DNA of 62,938 nucleotides, filler included, from Choristocarpus tenellus KU-1152 (taxonomy: Eukaryota > Protista > Phaeophyceae), in the NCBI GenBank assembly GCA_964200185.2. It is 10 parts of 10 records of this genome, joined end to end, with 100 filler letters (N's around TTAATTAATTAA, not from the genome) between each part and the next. Parts side by side here need not be neighbours in the genome. Positions count along the whole stretch, not along the records: positions 23,657 to 28,003 come from CAXNAD020014993.1; positions 28,104 to 34,937 come from CAXNAD020007249.1; positions 35,038 to 47,121 come from CAXNAD020001984.1; 7 more parts are not named here. One strand, written 5' to 3'. Under the pieces are notes generated by a model. The model made no database searches. It worked only from the letters and a program-made list of their open reading frames with translations, and was not told the origin of the DNA. Positions 26,729 through 37,900 of this stretch are shown piece after piece. Every line of letters begins with the position of its first letter. Position 1 is the stretch's first letter. The translations under genes and the position numbers were made by a program.

Positions 26729-27551
26729 CTGAGGATGATGATGCTTCCACCTTTGGAGCTCCTCATTTAGGTGCCTCTCATGCTCAAGTTGCTCCCTCTT
26801 CACCTGCACTTGAGCTCTCTCCAGTGATGCCACAGTGCTCTCAGTGAACGATATTACCTCCTCAACACGTGCCCTCTAAATGGAGAGTTCATCATCACAG
26901 AAAGTGGTTCATGGATATATTGGCGCGAGGGGCTGTGTTTTTGTTGTGATGTGTTGGAGTTACTAGTCAACCTTTTAACCTTTGTGTCTTTTCATTGAAG
27001 AGGACGGTTTGGGTGGGTATGATCAATTTCTAGGCAGAGAATAACTGCTAGGCAAAGCATTCCTCATGTGCTCATTGTTGCTTGTTCCTGGCTTGCTCAT
27101 GATCCCACTGTAGTAATTTGGAGTCTATATGCAAAGAGAAAATGCAATTTCATAGGTGCTTAGAGGCGTACCTACCAAATTGAACTATATCTCCGTCCAA
27201 ATATTTGTTTTTCAGCACCAAAGGGAAGATAGTGTACGATGTGGGGTAGATATAACCTGACCCAACACATCTCACTCACTCTAGGTTGTACCGCCAGGGG
27301 CGATTGGATCGACACAAAGAACTACTATCTGTGCACAAGTTAACAACCTGGCATTAGGCACTCATTGTCTATTGATAGAGACTTTACTGCTTTTGATGGG
27401 AGCCTTCAAGTCTCAATTGAACAAACGAGATGCAGGGTCCCACCAGCTTATGTATCTTGGACTGCATTTGGAGGATGATCTCATCTTTGTCCGCTGAGCT
27501 CAGCATACCCAAGCCTTCTACTGTCAGGTCATGCGCATTCCTGTCTGTCGT
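26729..27551 (-). CDS. Two exons of a putative coiled-coil host protein
   Basis: AG/GT-bounded phase-0 exons 27551-27444 (TTDRNAHDL..DKDEIILQMQSKIHKL) and 26875-26729 (RARVEEVIS..EQLEHERHLNEELQRWK). Confidence 0.45.
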
Positions 27552-27831
27552 CTGAAACAATGCGGACTGGTGGCTGTGAGAAAGGCGGAAGTCGAGGAGG
27601 CGATACGCATAAACACAATGAGAAGAAACTAGGGCAGCCGATGAGTACTGAGCATCAATCCACGTCCTGGACATTCCCACATCTCCTATCTAAAGACGCC
27701 AAGAGCACCCTAGGATTACCTGGTTGCGATTGTGATCAGCTCTCCATCTTATGCCCAGTGTGTTTTTACCTCTTGGCGTTGAAATTGCTACATATTAGCA
27801 TTGAGTGGTTAAAGGGAAGTTAGTTTAAAGT

Positions 27832-28003
27832 GGTTTAAAGTATCTGGAGGGGGGTGGCGGCTGTCCATTTGGGGTCAATTTTTTCATGTCGCGATTTTTG
27901 GGTTATTGGTTGCAAGCGTCAGATGGATAATGTAAGTGCGCTTCTCCTGGTCAGGGCCTGAATGGAGATCCTGGTGTAGACAGCCCCACCCCGCCACCCC
28001 CCC
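27832..28003 (+). mobile_element. MITE family B (poly-G ended relative of family A), right end cut by gap
   Basis: AAAGTATCTGGAGGGGGGTGGCGGCTGTCCATTTGGGG left end. Related ends at 1-24, 5113-5155, 17067-17089, 17190-17225, 23536-23556, 23657-23697, 35060-35111, 47053-47121, 52735-52784, 54008-54071, 56345-56391 and 62850-62938. Confidence 0.8.
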
Positions 28004-28214
28004 NNNNNNNNNNNNNNNNNNNNNNNNNNNNNNNNNNNNNNNNNNNNTTAATTAATTAANNNNNNNNNNNNNNNNNNNNNNNNNNNNNNNNNNNNNNNNN
28101 NNNGGGGGGATCTGGCATGCTGGTTCCAGCGGTTGCGTCGAGGCCCAGGCGTTAGCTCCTTGTCCACACTGGCTCCGTTATTATTGTACAAGATAGTGGA
28201 AGTAAGTATTATAG

Positions 28215-29095
28215 GGGAGAGGCACCGTTTTTGGGATCTCCCACATACACATTCTTGTTAATACAGCGCGCGGAATTATACATTTGCGCGCGCGAACCAC
28301 GTCATTCTTCTTGGTCATATCATCCATTCAACTAAACAGAACACTTGCAAGATCTAGACTGACCGAATAGTTGGACTGTCAGAACGAAGATCCATTTTCT
28401 GATTATTTGAAAAGTTTTCAGTCATGTTGAAAAATGTGTTATGTAGTGAAATTTTTTTAATGGAACAAACTTAAAGTGCACACACATTCTTTTCGACATA
28501 ACATCTGTCATATATATACATATTATTATGCCCTCTGACATTTTGCAGATGTGCTGTCATATATATCGGACAGCCGAACCACCCCATTCAACTTCCCCAT
28601 ATCAACCACTTGACAAAACAGACACACACAAAAGTTCTAGTTTTTCCAAACACTCAGAAGGACTGTCAGAACGGAGATCCATTCTCTGATTTTTGTGACA
28701 ATTTTATCACAATCTTTTTATATGTGGTGAGTAGTTGATATACTAAGCTAACACCTATGAAATTCAATTCTAGTGTGGTGGAAGAATTTAGTCTCGTTAT
28801 TGTTCTTGATCTGTTCTGGAAAGAACCATCGAGCCTTGTATGAATTTTTGTATATAAAATATTAGAAATATATAATATATAAAATATGATGTGAGGGACA
28901 GGTTCCTTTGTTGGGATCTCCCACACACACATTTTGAGGATATGGCGCGCGATTACGTACATATGCGCACGCCAACCTCGTCATTGAACTTACCCATATC
29001 GACCAGTCCACAAAACCAGACACACCCTTAAGATCTGAATTTCACCAGTCAGAAGGACCGTCAGAACGAAGATCTATTCGGATTCTGACTGATCC
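28215..29095 (+). repeat. Diverged direct repeats (~200 bp x2 plus one partial)
   Basis: TTGGGATCTCCCACA..GCGCGC..CATATC..GGACTGTCAGAACGAAGATC at ~28215-28410 and ~28893-29095. The 3' half recurs at ~28590-28700. Confidence 0.7.
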
Positions 29096-30473
29096 ATTTT
29101 CCTGCTGTGACGTTGCTCAGTCATTCTGTGACATCTGTTGTGCACTAAGGTTTTGGTTCTGTTCTGAATTTCCTCAAATGACATTGAAATGCTGGGCCAA
29201 GACTTGTCAAACTTGATCTCGTCCTCTGTGGTGGAAGAGTTCAGTCTGAGTGATTATGAACGCCCCATTTTACAGAGAGCCTTAGCACCTTGACACTTCC
29301 ACAGTGGTACTCATGCCGAGTGTTCAAGGAGGCTACTGCGCTTTCACACTATGTTTGACCAAACCAAGATGTAACAGACACAGAGAAGTGGGACCACTTC
29401 CAATCCCAATTCCAATTCCAGTTCCATTTCCAATTCCACATCCACTACCATCAGCAAAGAGAAGACCTATGCAAGGGAAGGGAAGAAGAAGGCAACCACC
29501 AGCGCTGCAACTAAAGGAGGTAAAGAGTGGGGTACTACTAACACCTAACCTCTACCAACTCCTGCGTCTACACCTGTAGACAAAGGCACCCCTGGTGGTT
29601 CGCTTGAGGAGGAAGGGGTTATGGACCAGAGGCTGAGGGAAGACCCTGCCCGTATTCCAGGGCTGAACCGGTTTGGTGTGCTGGCAGAAGACCAGAAGGA
29701 GACGGGCAGAGGCAGTACGATGGAGACATTCGATATCCAAACATACATGGATCGACAGCTTGTCTATACCAAGAAAATTGTTGATGAAGCGATTGGTTGG
29801 ACTCCTCATGACCAAGGCTTAGTAGCAGCTGCCATGCAAACGTTGAACATGAAGATGAGTACAAAAAACCTGGAGTCCAATAGTTTTCTACTTCTGATGC
29901 ACTCAATCCAAGTCACCTGGTCATTAAATAGCCATGCCACAAAGATGTATCCCCAACGCGTTTTTGGAGTGTGCAAGAACAAGGTTGCCGCCCAGTGTCC
30001 AATTTTGGAAAGTTGTTCACTATATTTAAAATCATGTTGACACTATTGCTATGGTAAACCGCCAATCTGTTGACGCAGCCCGCATTCCACTATGATAGAT
30101 CTTAGGCGCTATGTGTATGCGACTCTTCCAACATCAGATCCCTAGAGGGTCTAGCCTGGATCAGGCAAGCGTTCAATATTTTTTTGAAACCCTGAATGTT
30201 TCGTCATGGGAAGGTTTGTTACTGCTAGCCTTAAGGAATTTTCGATGTCTAATCCTTTAGAACCTTCCGTAACATGATTGACATATGTCAGAGGCGTAAC
30301 GAGGATGTCAGGGTGTTCGCAAGGGGGGTAATTGAGTCTATTGATGCTTTGCGTGTTAGTTGAGAGTTAAACCCTAAGACAGGTCTGACCTCAACCCAGT
30401 GGAACTTGCTCCAGTTGACCTGATTATCCTGCTCCCTGACCAGCTTCAGTACTGTTTGTATAATATCAGTGTT

Positions 30474-30680
30474 GGGTCAAAGTATCTAGGGGGGGTGTGT
30501 GGTTTGTAAGGGGGCGTCCGTTTCGGTCCGGATGAAGTGCTCAAGAATCATAGCAATTGCTGTCTTCAGTCGTGAATCGTCTGCAACTGAAGACAGCAGT
30601 TGCTATGATTCTTAAGCAATTCGTTCGGACCGAAACGGACACCCCCTCACAAACCACCACCGCCCAAGATACTTTGACCC
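30474..30680. mobile_element. Palindromic (fold-back) element with Sola2-like ends
   Basis: ~95-bp inverted arms GGGTCAAAGTATCT..CTTCAGT / ACTGAAG..AGATACTTTGACCC around a ~15-nt loop. No TSD visible. Confidence 0.88.
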
Positions 30681-31913
30681 AGCCACCGTCCTCGTATGAT
30701 GTATTTTGGACTAAAATGCATTTAGCACCTATGCTTGGCGTTTGAGTGGGTGTAGACTATATTATTATGGCTCTGGGAAGTTGCCGTTGGGTTCAAAGCT
30801 TGGAGGATGGGTGGTTGCCGCCGCTTGGTCTGGGTGTGGAAGAGAGGTCATCTGTTGTGGAAATCTCGACTTGTGCTGAAGACGATGGTATGGAGTACGA
30901 GATGCTTATGTGTCAATGTATTTGTAGTAAGGTTTCTGTCAATTGCTCTGTGGTCCGATCAACGCAAAGAGAGGAGGAAAAAGGATTGGGGCATGGCAGT
31001 AGAAGTAATAGAGGATGGTTGCAAAATGCACTAATTGAGATGAAATCTAGGTTGCCACCGGGCCAATAAAAACGTGCGTATAAGGACACATAACACAAAC
31101 TCTTCAGGAAGATAATAAATTCAATATACCAAATGCATACGTCCATTGATTTAGAGAACGTTCGATCTGTCCATCATAACATGTCTGTTGAGGCATGTGT
31201 CAGACTGGCGAAGTAGAGGGTGACTCACGGACAGAAATTGGCCTATGTTGCTCCACGAAGCCATGTCTATCGTCAGTATGGTGGCAGTTTAGGACTTATC
31301 CAGAACCAGGCCCGTGTAGGAGCGTCTTGGTCAATACTGTAGTGTTGGACAAGAAGCTGAATATTTCGCAAGTTGCCATTCTCCCATTTGACCTCGTAGG
31401 GGTAGCTGGCTCGCTCCTCTTTAATTTTCACCGTGTAGTGGGGCTGGTACTTGGTCACGGTCCCTCATATCCACTGGTCGTCCCATCTGAAGTATAGTGC
31501 CCTGCCCTTGGCTCTGGCATTGAGTGTTTCTCCCTCATCTAAATCTGGCACATGACTCAGTGTCGGTTCAAGGAGTATAAATTTCTAAGTGTCCTTCTTC
31601 ATGTCCCTAAGCTTCTGCTGGTGGTCAACAATCGACGGACGGCGTTGTCTGACAAGCAGGGCTGCAGCCTCGTCACTATCCTTCTTGTTCTTCTCTCGAA
31701 GTTGGTTGACACCATCCTCGGTCTCGTCCTCTGTCATGTACGATCCCAGTTGAGGGGGCAAAGATTTTTTGCCATCGTCTGGGAGGTAGGACACTGAGTA
31801 AATGTACGCCCCTGAACCATCTATGTGAACATCGTTGACCTTCCCCTGTACGATGGCCCCCCCGCTCGTGCGTAGGATGAAGCTGGTTCCTCGACCGAAC
31901 CTGGCGTCGGATG

Positions 31914-32430
31914 TGTGCAATATAGGCTAGGTAGTCTATACGTTCTTATGTGCTAAGTGAACAGTACTACACAACAGAAGTATTGCATGAATGAAGTAAG
32001 AGTCAAGGACTTGTTTCCCGAGATTCGGTAGGGGGAGGAGTTGTGGTCGATACCACATGCGATCCCTCCTTAGCCCCCCTTTAGGGACAAGTGTTGTGAC
32101 GACTGCTCCTCCTTCTAGACTTCCAGTTCTTGCTCGTTATTTATTGTACCATATCCCTTGTTGATGATGATACTATTGCCCGTTTCAGCTTCTTGTAGCT
32201 TATATCGGGTCTGATGATGAACTGCACGAGGATCTCGTCCTCCGCGCGTCTTCTGTTGAGCTGCACCGGGGTCTAATCCTCAAGCGTCTTCCGGTGAGCT
32301 GCACAGGGATTTCTCGTCCTCACTCGGAAACAAGTCCTTGGCTCTTACTTCATTCGTGTAATACTTCTGTTGTGTAGTACTGTTCACTAAGCACACAAGA
32401 ACCTATAGACTACCTAGCCTATATTGCACA
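31914..32430. mobile_element. 517-bp non-autonomous DNA transposon with ~108-bp TIRs (TGT..ACA; possibly Ginger-like)
   Basis: TIRs 31914-32022 / 32323-32430. Perfect 5-bp TSD GGATG. The paralog at ~50431-50445 shows the empty site. Confidence 0.9.
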
Positions 32431-32683
32431 GGATGCGTCCCCAAGTCTGAGTTGCCTAGAGAAGCGAGCAGGTATCCCACCGAGGGATTGCTGGTTGGAT
32501 TCTGAGGTGAACCTCTGGTATTGACCTGGCAGGATCGTGAATGTGTTGTCCAGGTGGTTGTGGTCGATGCCTGTGAAGTCTGGGATGATGATAGCCTGAA
32601 GGGGCGCGACGAGGGCACCTGGTTGTGCGTCCTGCATCACCACAAACATGTTCGTTGCAGGAGCTGTGTTGGTGTGTAGAACT

Positions 32684-32941
32684 GAGTGGAAGTATCTTAG
32701 AGGGTATGAGTTTTGTCCTGTTTGTCCGTTTGGAGCTTGGCTTCCCACGTGTGTTTGATGAAATTTTGCCTAGTCTGAAATGTTTCGGAGTAGGTAAAAT
32801 ATGTATGTTATCAAAAGGTATGTCCGCAACAAGGATATTGACGCTTACGAACAAACACGATAGCCAAAATTACATCCAAATCGGAACATTGGATTTTGGA
32901 CCCAAACGGATGCGGCTCTTCCCTCTAAGATAATTTTACTC
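32684..32941 (-). mobile_element. MITE family A copy
   Basis: TIRs present. 3-bp TSD ACT. Confidence 0.9.
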
Positions 32942-33277
32942 ACTATTGGCATGTGTTTGCGCGTGATGGCCTTGTTTGGTTGTATAGGGGTGTTGTTTGT
33001 TGATCATTTTGAGAAACGGATAGTTTTACATATTACAGAGGATACACTTAGGCGGCGGAATTAATGAATGGGGTGCGCTTCTTTGCCCTACCTAACTTGA
33101 AAAATATAAAGTGAAAGGTGTCAGTGGCGGTTGCAGATTGGGAGAACAAAATAACACTGGTTTGGATGTCAGGATTGGAAGTTATGTGAGGAATTTATGT
33201 GGGTTAGAGGGGATATAGGGGGATATGTGACATCTGTACATGGACAGTGTGGATTCATTTGTGTGGGGCATTGTTTT

Positions 33278-33538
33278 GAGGGAGAGTATCTTAGAGGGTA
33301 CGAGTTATTGCTCTGTTTGTCCATTTGGGGCTTGGCTTCCCATGGTTTTTTTAAATTACATTTTCGTACTCCAATATGTTTCGGAGTAGGTGAAATGTAT
33401 ATGGTATGAAAAGGTGTGTCTGGACCAAGGGAATTCACACTTACTAACAAACACGATTGCCAAAATCATATCAAAATCTTAACATTGGAATTTGGCCCTC
33501 AAATAGTCGCAGGCCTACCCTCTAAGATACTTTGGCTC
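33278..33538 (-). mobile_element. MITE family A copy
   Basis: TIRs present. Flanks TTTT/TTCT. The empty paralogous site at ~59030 implies a 4-bp TSD. Confidence 0.9.
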
Positions 33539-34559
33539 TTCTCTTAGAAGCAATAAGAAGCGTTACTCACCTTCTCCGTCCGTGACATGTGAATAGTTGG
33601 CACTCCATCAACAAAGCTAGCACTCAGCACCTTGAAGTCTTCAGTGACAAAGACGACCTCATCTCCAGCACTGAACATCCCTCCATAGCTGGAGTGGTGT
33701 CTGGCGTTCCATTGAATCGTGTCCTGGCGGTGGACAGTGAATGGCAAGAACTCTATACCATTGTACTCCAATGGCTGCGTCCGCACAATTCATATGTTCC
33801 CCTCGGCGAGCTGTCTCTTCTTCTTCGACAGCTGACTTCTCAGATACATATCACCCGTTCCCGCTTCCGTGGAAAATCCGAGGTCTATCTCTTTAAGTGG
33901 GTGCACGTGGGTTACTTGCTGTGCAAAGTAGGACAATAGTGAGGTGTACCTTATTTTGTGTATGAGAGATGTAACTAATGAGATAGTACATCTGGATTAT
34001 GAATGGGAATATGCATGGGTTTTTATTCTGCATTCAACTGCTTTGACATAACCATGGACTTATGTATGTGAAGCACAAATAAATAATAAACAAGCAATGA
34101 GAAGACACCACACACAAAGGTCACTCTTCTCTTCTCTTCTAATCTTCAACCATGCAATCACGTTCAGCAAAGGGGGTCGTGTGAGGCTTCACACCTTCTT
34201 GTCTTCGCTACTAACAAATAGCGTTACCCCCCAAGGTAATTTGTACAGGTTATGAGCCTCAGTAGTATGGAGAAAAGGAGAAGGCGATGGGCCCGAACGA
34301 CATGAAGAATTTGCCCAACTGGACTGGAGCACCAGCACGATCGGTGAAGACTTGGACAACATGGAGATTATATCAGGTGGTTTATGCCAGCGAAAGGGTC
34401 TATAAGACATTGTGCGGCAAAAAATACGTCGTCCTGAACTCACGGAGACACTAACGGAACAGGAACGAATATCGCAAGGAAGTTACGAAAGAGAAGAATC
34501 TATGAAGGATGCGCGGAGGACTAGATCCCCGTGCAGTTCATCACAAGACCCGATGTAAG

Positions 34560-34790
34560 CTACAGGAAGCTGAAACGGGCAATAGTATCATCATCGTCAT
34601 CCCAACAAAGTGGACCGGCACCTTCGACACAAATGGAAGCTGGAGGCTAAGGAGACGTGAGATATGGTACGATCGATAACAAGCAAGAACTGGAGGTCAA
34701 GAAGATACTTTGGGTACCTGGTATGCCATGCCGAATATTGAGCAGTGGGACTCTGGGACAAGATGACGGAGTTAATCGAGGCAATGCAGC
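34560..34790 (+). pseudogene. Possible Ty1/Copia protease-region remnant
   Basis: GDVRYGTIDNKQELEVKKILWVPGMPCRILSSGTL resembles the Copia motif L.DVLYVPGL..NLLS. Confidence 0.4.
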
Positions 34791-34802
34791 CGGAGCTGCA
34801 AT

Positions 34803-34937
<135 letters not shown>

Positions 34938-37900
34938 NNNNNNNNNNNNNNNNNNNNNNNNNNNNNNNNNNNNNNNNNNNNTTAATTAATTAANNNNNNN
35001 NNNNNNNNNNNNNNNNNNNNNNNNNNNNNNNNNNNNNTTCTTTTTTCCTGGTTATTACACAAATGGACCCCCCGTTGTCCACCCCCCCCCCCCCCCCAGA
35101 TACTTTGACCCACTCTCCATCGCATGCAAGTCATACCTTGACTTCCTTTAGCCACCTCTTGCCCTTCTGGAAATGCTGGCAGCACACGCCAGTTCCTGTG
35201 AGTCATGACCTGATCGGATTAATGTTGCTTTCAGCACCCAAAAAGCGATGTTCACAACTCCAGGAGAAAACAGGGAGAGCACAATAGGACTATGAGAGTG
35301 AGTACACAAACAAGTTGGAACCTACTCTACAGAAATCAAGACGTACGGAACACATAACAGTAATGCAGCCTGCATCCCTGTGCATAACCTCGAGGTCATC
35401 TTCTCATTAGAGGAAGACACTGAAGTCATGGTCTGGAGGGTAGGCCATTGGTGTGACCATGTAGGACTGCTGTCACGCATGGTCACAAGCTTATTCTCCA
35501 TTGAGGATGTGTGACTTTTGAAGCTGCAGATAACATGAAGCAGGTCCTTTTCCAGATGTAGACACAGAACGCAGGTAGGTAGAATTCGTTACTCCCTGGA
35601 GGAGGTGTCCAGGATGTGCCAAGGAGTCAACAACACCCTGAAAGAGTCCATGGCGTCCCAAGGAGACAAAAAAAGTCATGAACAATGAATTCAGGTTGTG
35701 AGAAGGAGTCATCAGAAGTCCCCTGAGGTGAGCTTAATATTCTCTCCAGTATAGTGAAACCAGGTAGGGCCTCCATGTTACAAAACACTCCCAACACCTT
35801 TCCTTAATGTGATATGTAGCTCCAAACAACAAGCCTGCTTGCAGATGATTGGACTCGAAGACAGCACCATATCGAATTATTAAATATGCAGAACTCTCAC
35901 TCTGATTATTGATATTATGGTGTGGTCAAGGTCTAAAACAGACTGATACATGGTTAAGGAATGGGTTCACAGTAACTAAAAAAAAAGTGATGTCAAGAAG
36001 AAAAACATGAAAATCTGAGATGTCAAGCTTTAGAATGGCATTTACCAAACTGTCATTGATGCCCATCACCTCTAACTGATGCACCATGTTTGAAGGCACC
36101 CTGGATAGTGGATGCAGGTTCACTCGAGGCGTACTTTCATGTTCTGCTCTCAAGAGTACAAAAAAATAACAAAAATTACAAACAGGTTAAATTATGTTCA
36201 GGGTGCAGCTCCAAACTCCAAAACGTTGTGATACTGCACAGAGCACATCACATGGCAACAAGAAGCTCTTTCAAGACACCTTACTCTTACGCTTGACACC
36301 AACAGGAGCTGAAAGTACATTAGGGTTGGAGACCAACCCTCGCACATTCCCAACAGAGTAAATGCTTTCAAATTGCCATAGATCAGTGTCATTGAAATGA
36401 CAGAAGAGAGGGATGTTCTGCAGAGGATGCAAAAAAAAATTATAGACCCGTGTAACTCTCCCAATATGTCAATCCTGGATATTATTCACATAACATTTCT
36501 TTGCCAACCTCACCCCCCTATGGGTAGAGCAGAACCCACAGGTCATTGTGGCTGTGCATGTAAAGGGCATTGTGCCTCGCCCTGTTCAATGTATGGGTGC
36601 ATTAACTATTGTTTTATTACGTGGCTCAATCACATAATATAAAATCAAGCAATCAACCAGGTTTACAATAGAAAGTCCACAACTATTGCAAAACTCGGCA
36701 TGGGGGACCCTCAAAGGACCATATCACTTCTGAGTATGGCGTGTCTCTCCCACACATACAAAATTCAAGAACTCAAACGATACAGAACATCAACACGTAA
36801 CCAAATTCATCATGTGTGTATGCTGTGCAGCATAGAAAGCTGTGCAACCACTGGAACGATCTTGCCACCAGCAAGCCTTCTGCTGGACATGCCATTTTAG
36901 AAATGTTACTTTTTTTACTCTGTTAGGCTCTTGAAAGCATAACTATAAGTAATAAGGACTTAAATTCTTCTAACCTATTCTATATATTTATAGTTAATAC
37001 TATGTACTCGTGAGTATTATGCATTTGAAATTGTGATTACCCTATTGGTAAAGGTCAAACGAACGGAGAGGTAGGCAGGTTTGCATTTTAAGGATCCCGA
37101 GAATGGGGAAAAAGATGCCCCTTTTAACCATTTCAGAAAGATTCTTTGCTTAGCTGTGGTGTAACTTTGTGTTTGAAAAGGGTGAATATCAATCTTGCAT
37201 ACACTATTGTGGACATAAAGGAATGAAAGGGGACATATTGCATAGGGTAAGACAGATGGCTCACAAATCAAAAGGGAACGAAGCTGCCTACCTCTCACCT
37301 GGTTTGGTTAAAACAAGCACTGCACCCCTCGACCAAGAAAAGCTTCCCTCACGGAGGAGCTGATGCTTCTCGATTCAATACACATCATGCAGAAAAACCT
37401 ACCCTACTGTGTATCTATTGTGCCCAAACAAACCATTACCCTTCCAGTCAGTCATTCTATCAATAAACATCAATACTACGTGCAGTAGAGGACAAGTTCC
37501 ACGAGGCTGAGACATATTTAACATATATTTAGCAGACATTTATCAAGCAAAGCGTTGAAGGACAAGAAAATTCAACACAAGGAAACGAAGGAAACGCAAA
37601 CAGGCAACGCTGGATATGCACGCCCAGCCATAGCTACCTCACGTGATAGATAGAGGTTGAAGACACCTACAAATTGATATTTAACTTCAACACCAAGATC
37701 TAAGACTTGCTCACCCCTCGCACAGCTCCTATACAAGGATTGCATGCATATGTGATGCATGAATATGAACTGCACTTTGTATGAGAACGATGAGAACGGT
37801 AGGGGTGGCTACTCTACCCAGTTGCCAAGGTTCATCACCATCCAAAGATCCATCAAGAGGGAGCACAAAAAAGGTGTTGTAGAGTGCCAGCAATTCAGTA

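Larger units (their letters stand above)
31273..33920 (-). pseudogene. Sola2-like transposase gene, 3' exons (copy 1)
   Basis: Exon ~33920-33571 is homologous to 59064-59410 and ends AAG|GTGAGT. An intron with two MITEs follows, then exon 32631-31273 starting CAG|GAC, interrupted by the 31914-32430 element and by two stops. Confidence 0.7.

Noticed and set aside
31273-32631. Downstream ORF as a separate cargo gene such as a Fanzor/TnpB nuclease
   Set aside because: No RuvC motifs seen. It begins at a conserved in-phase splice acceptor, so it is better read as the last transposase exon.
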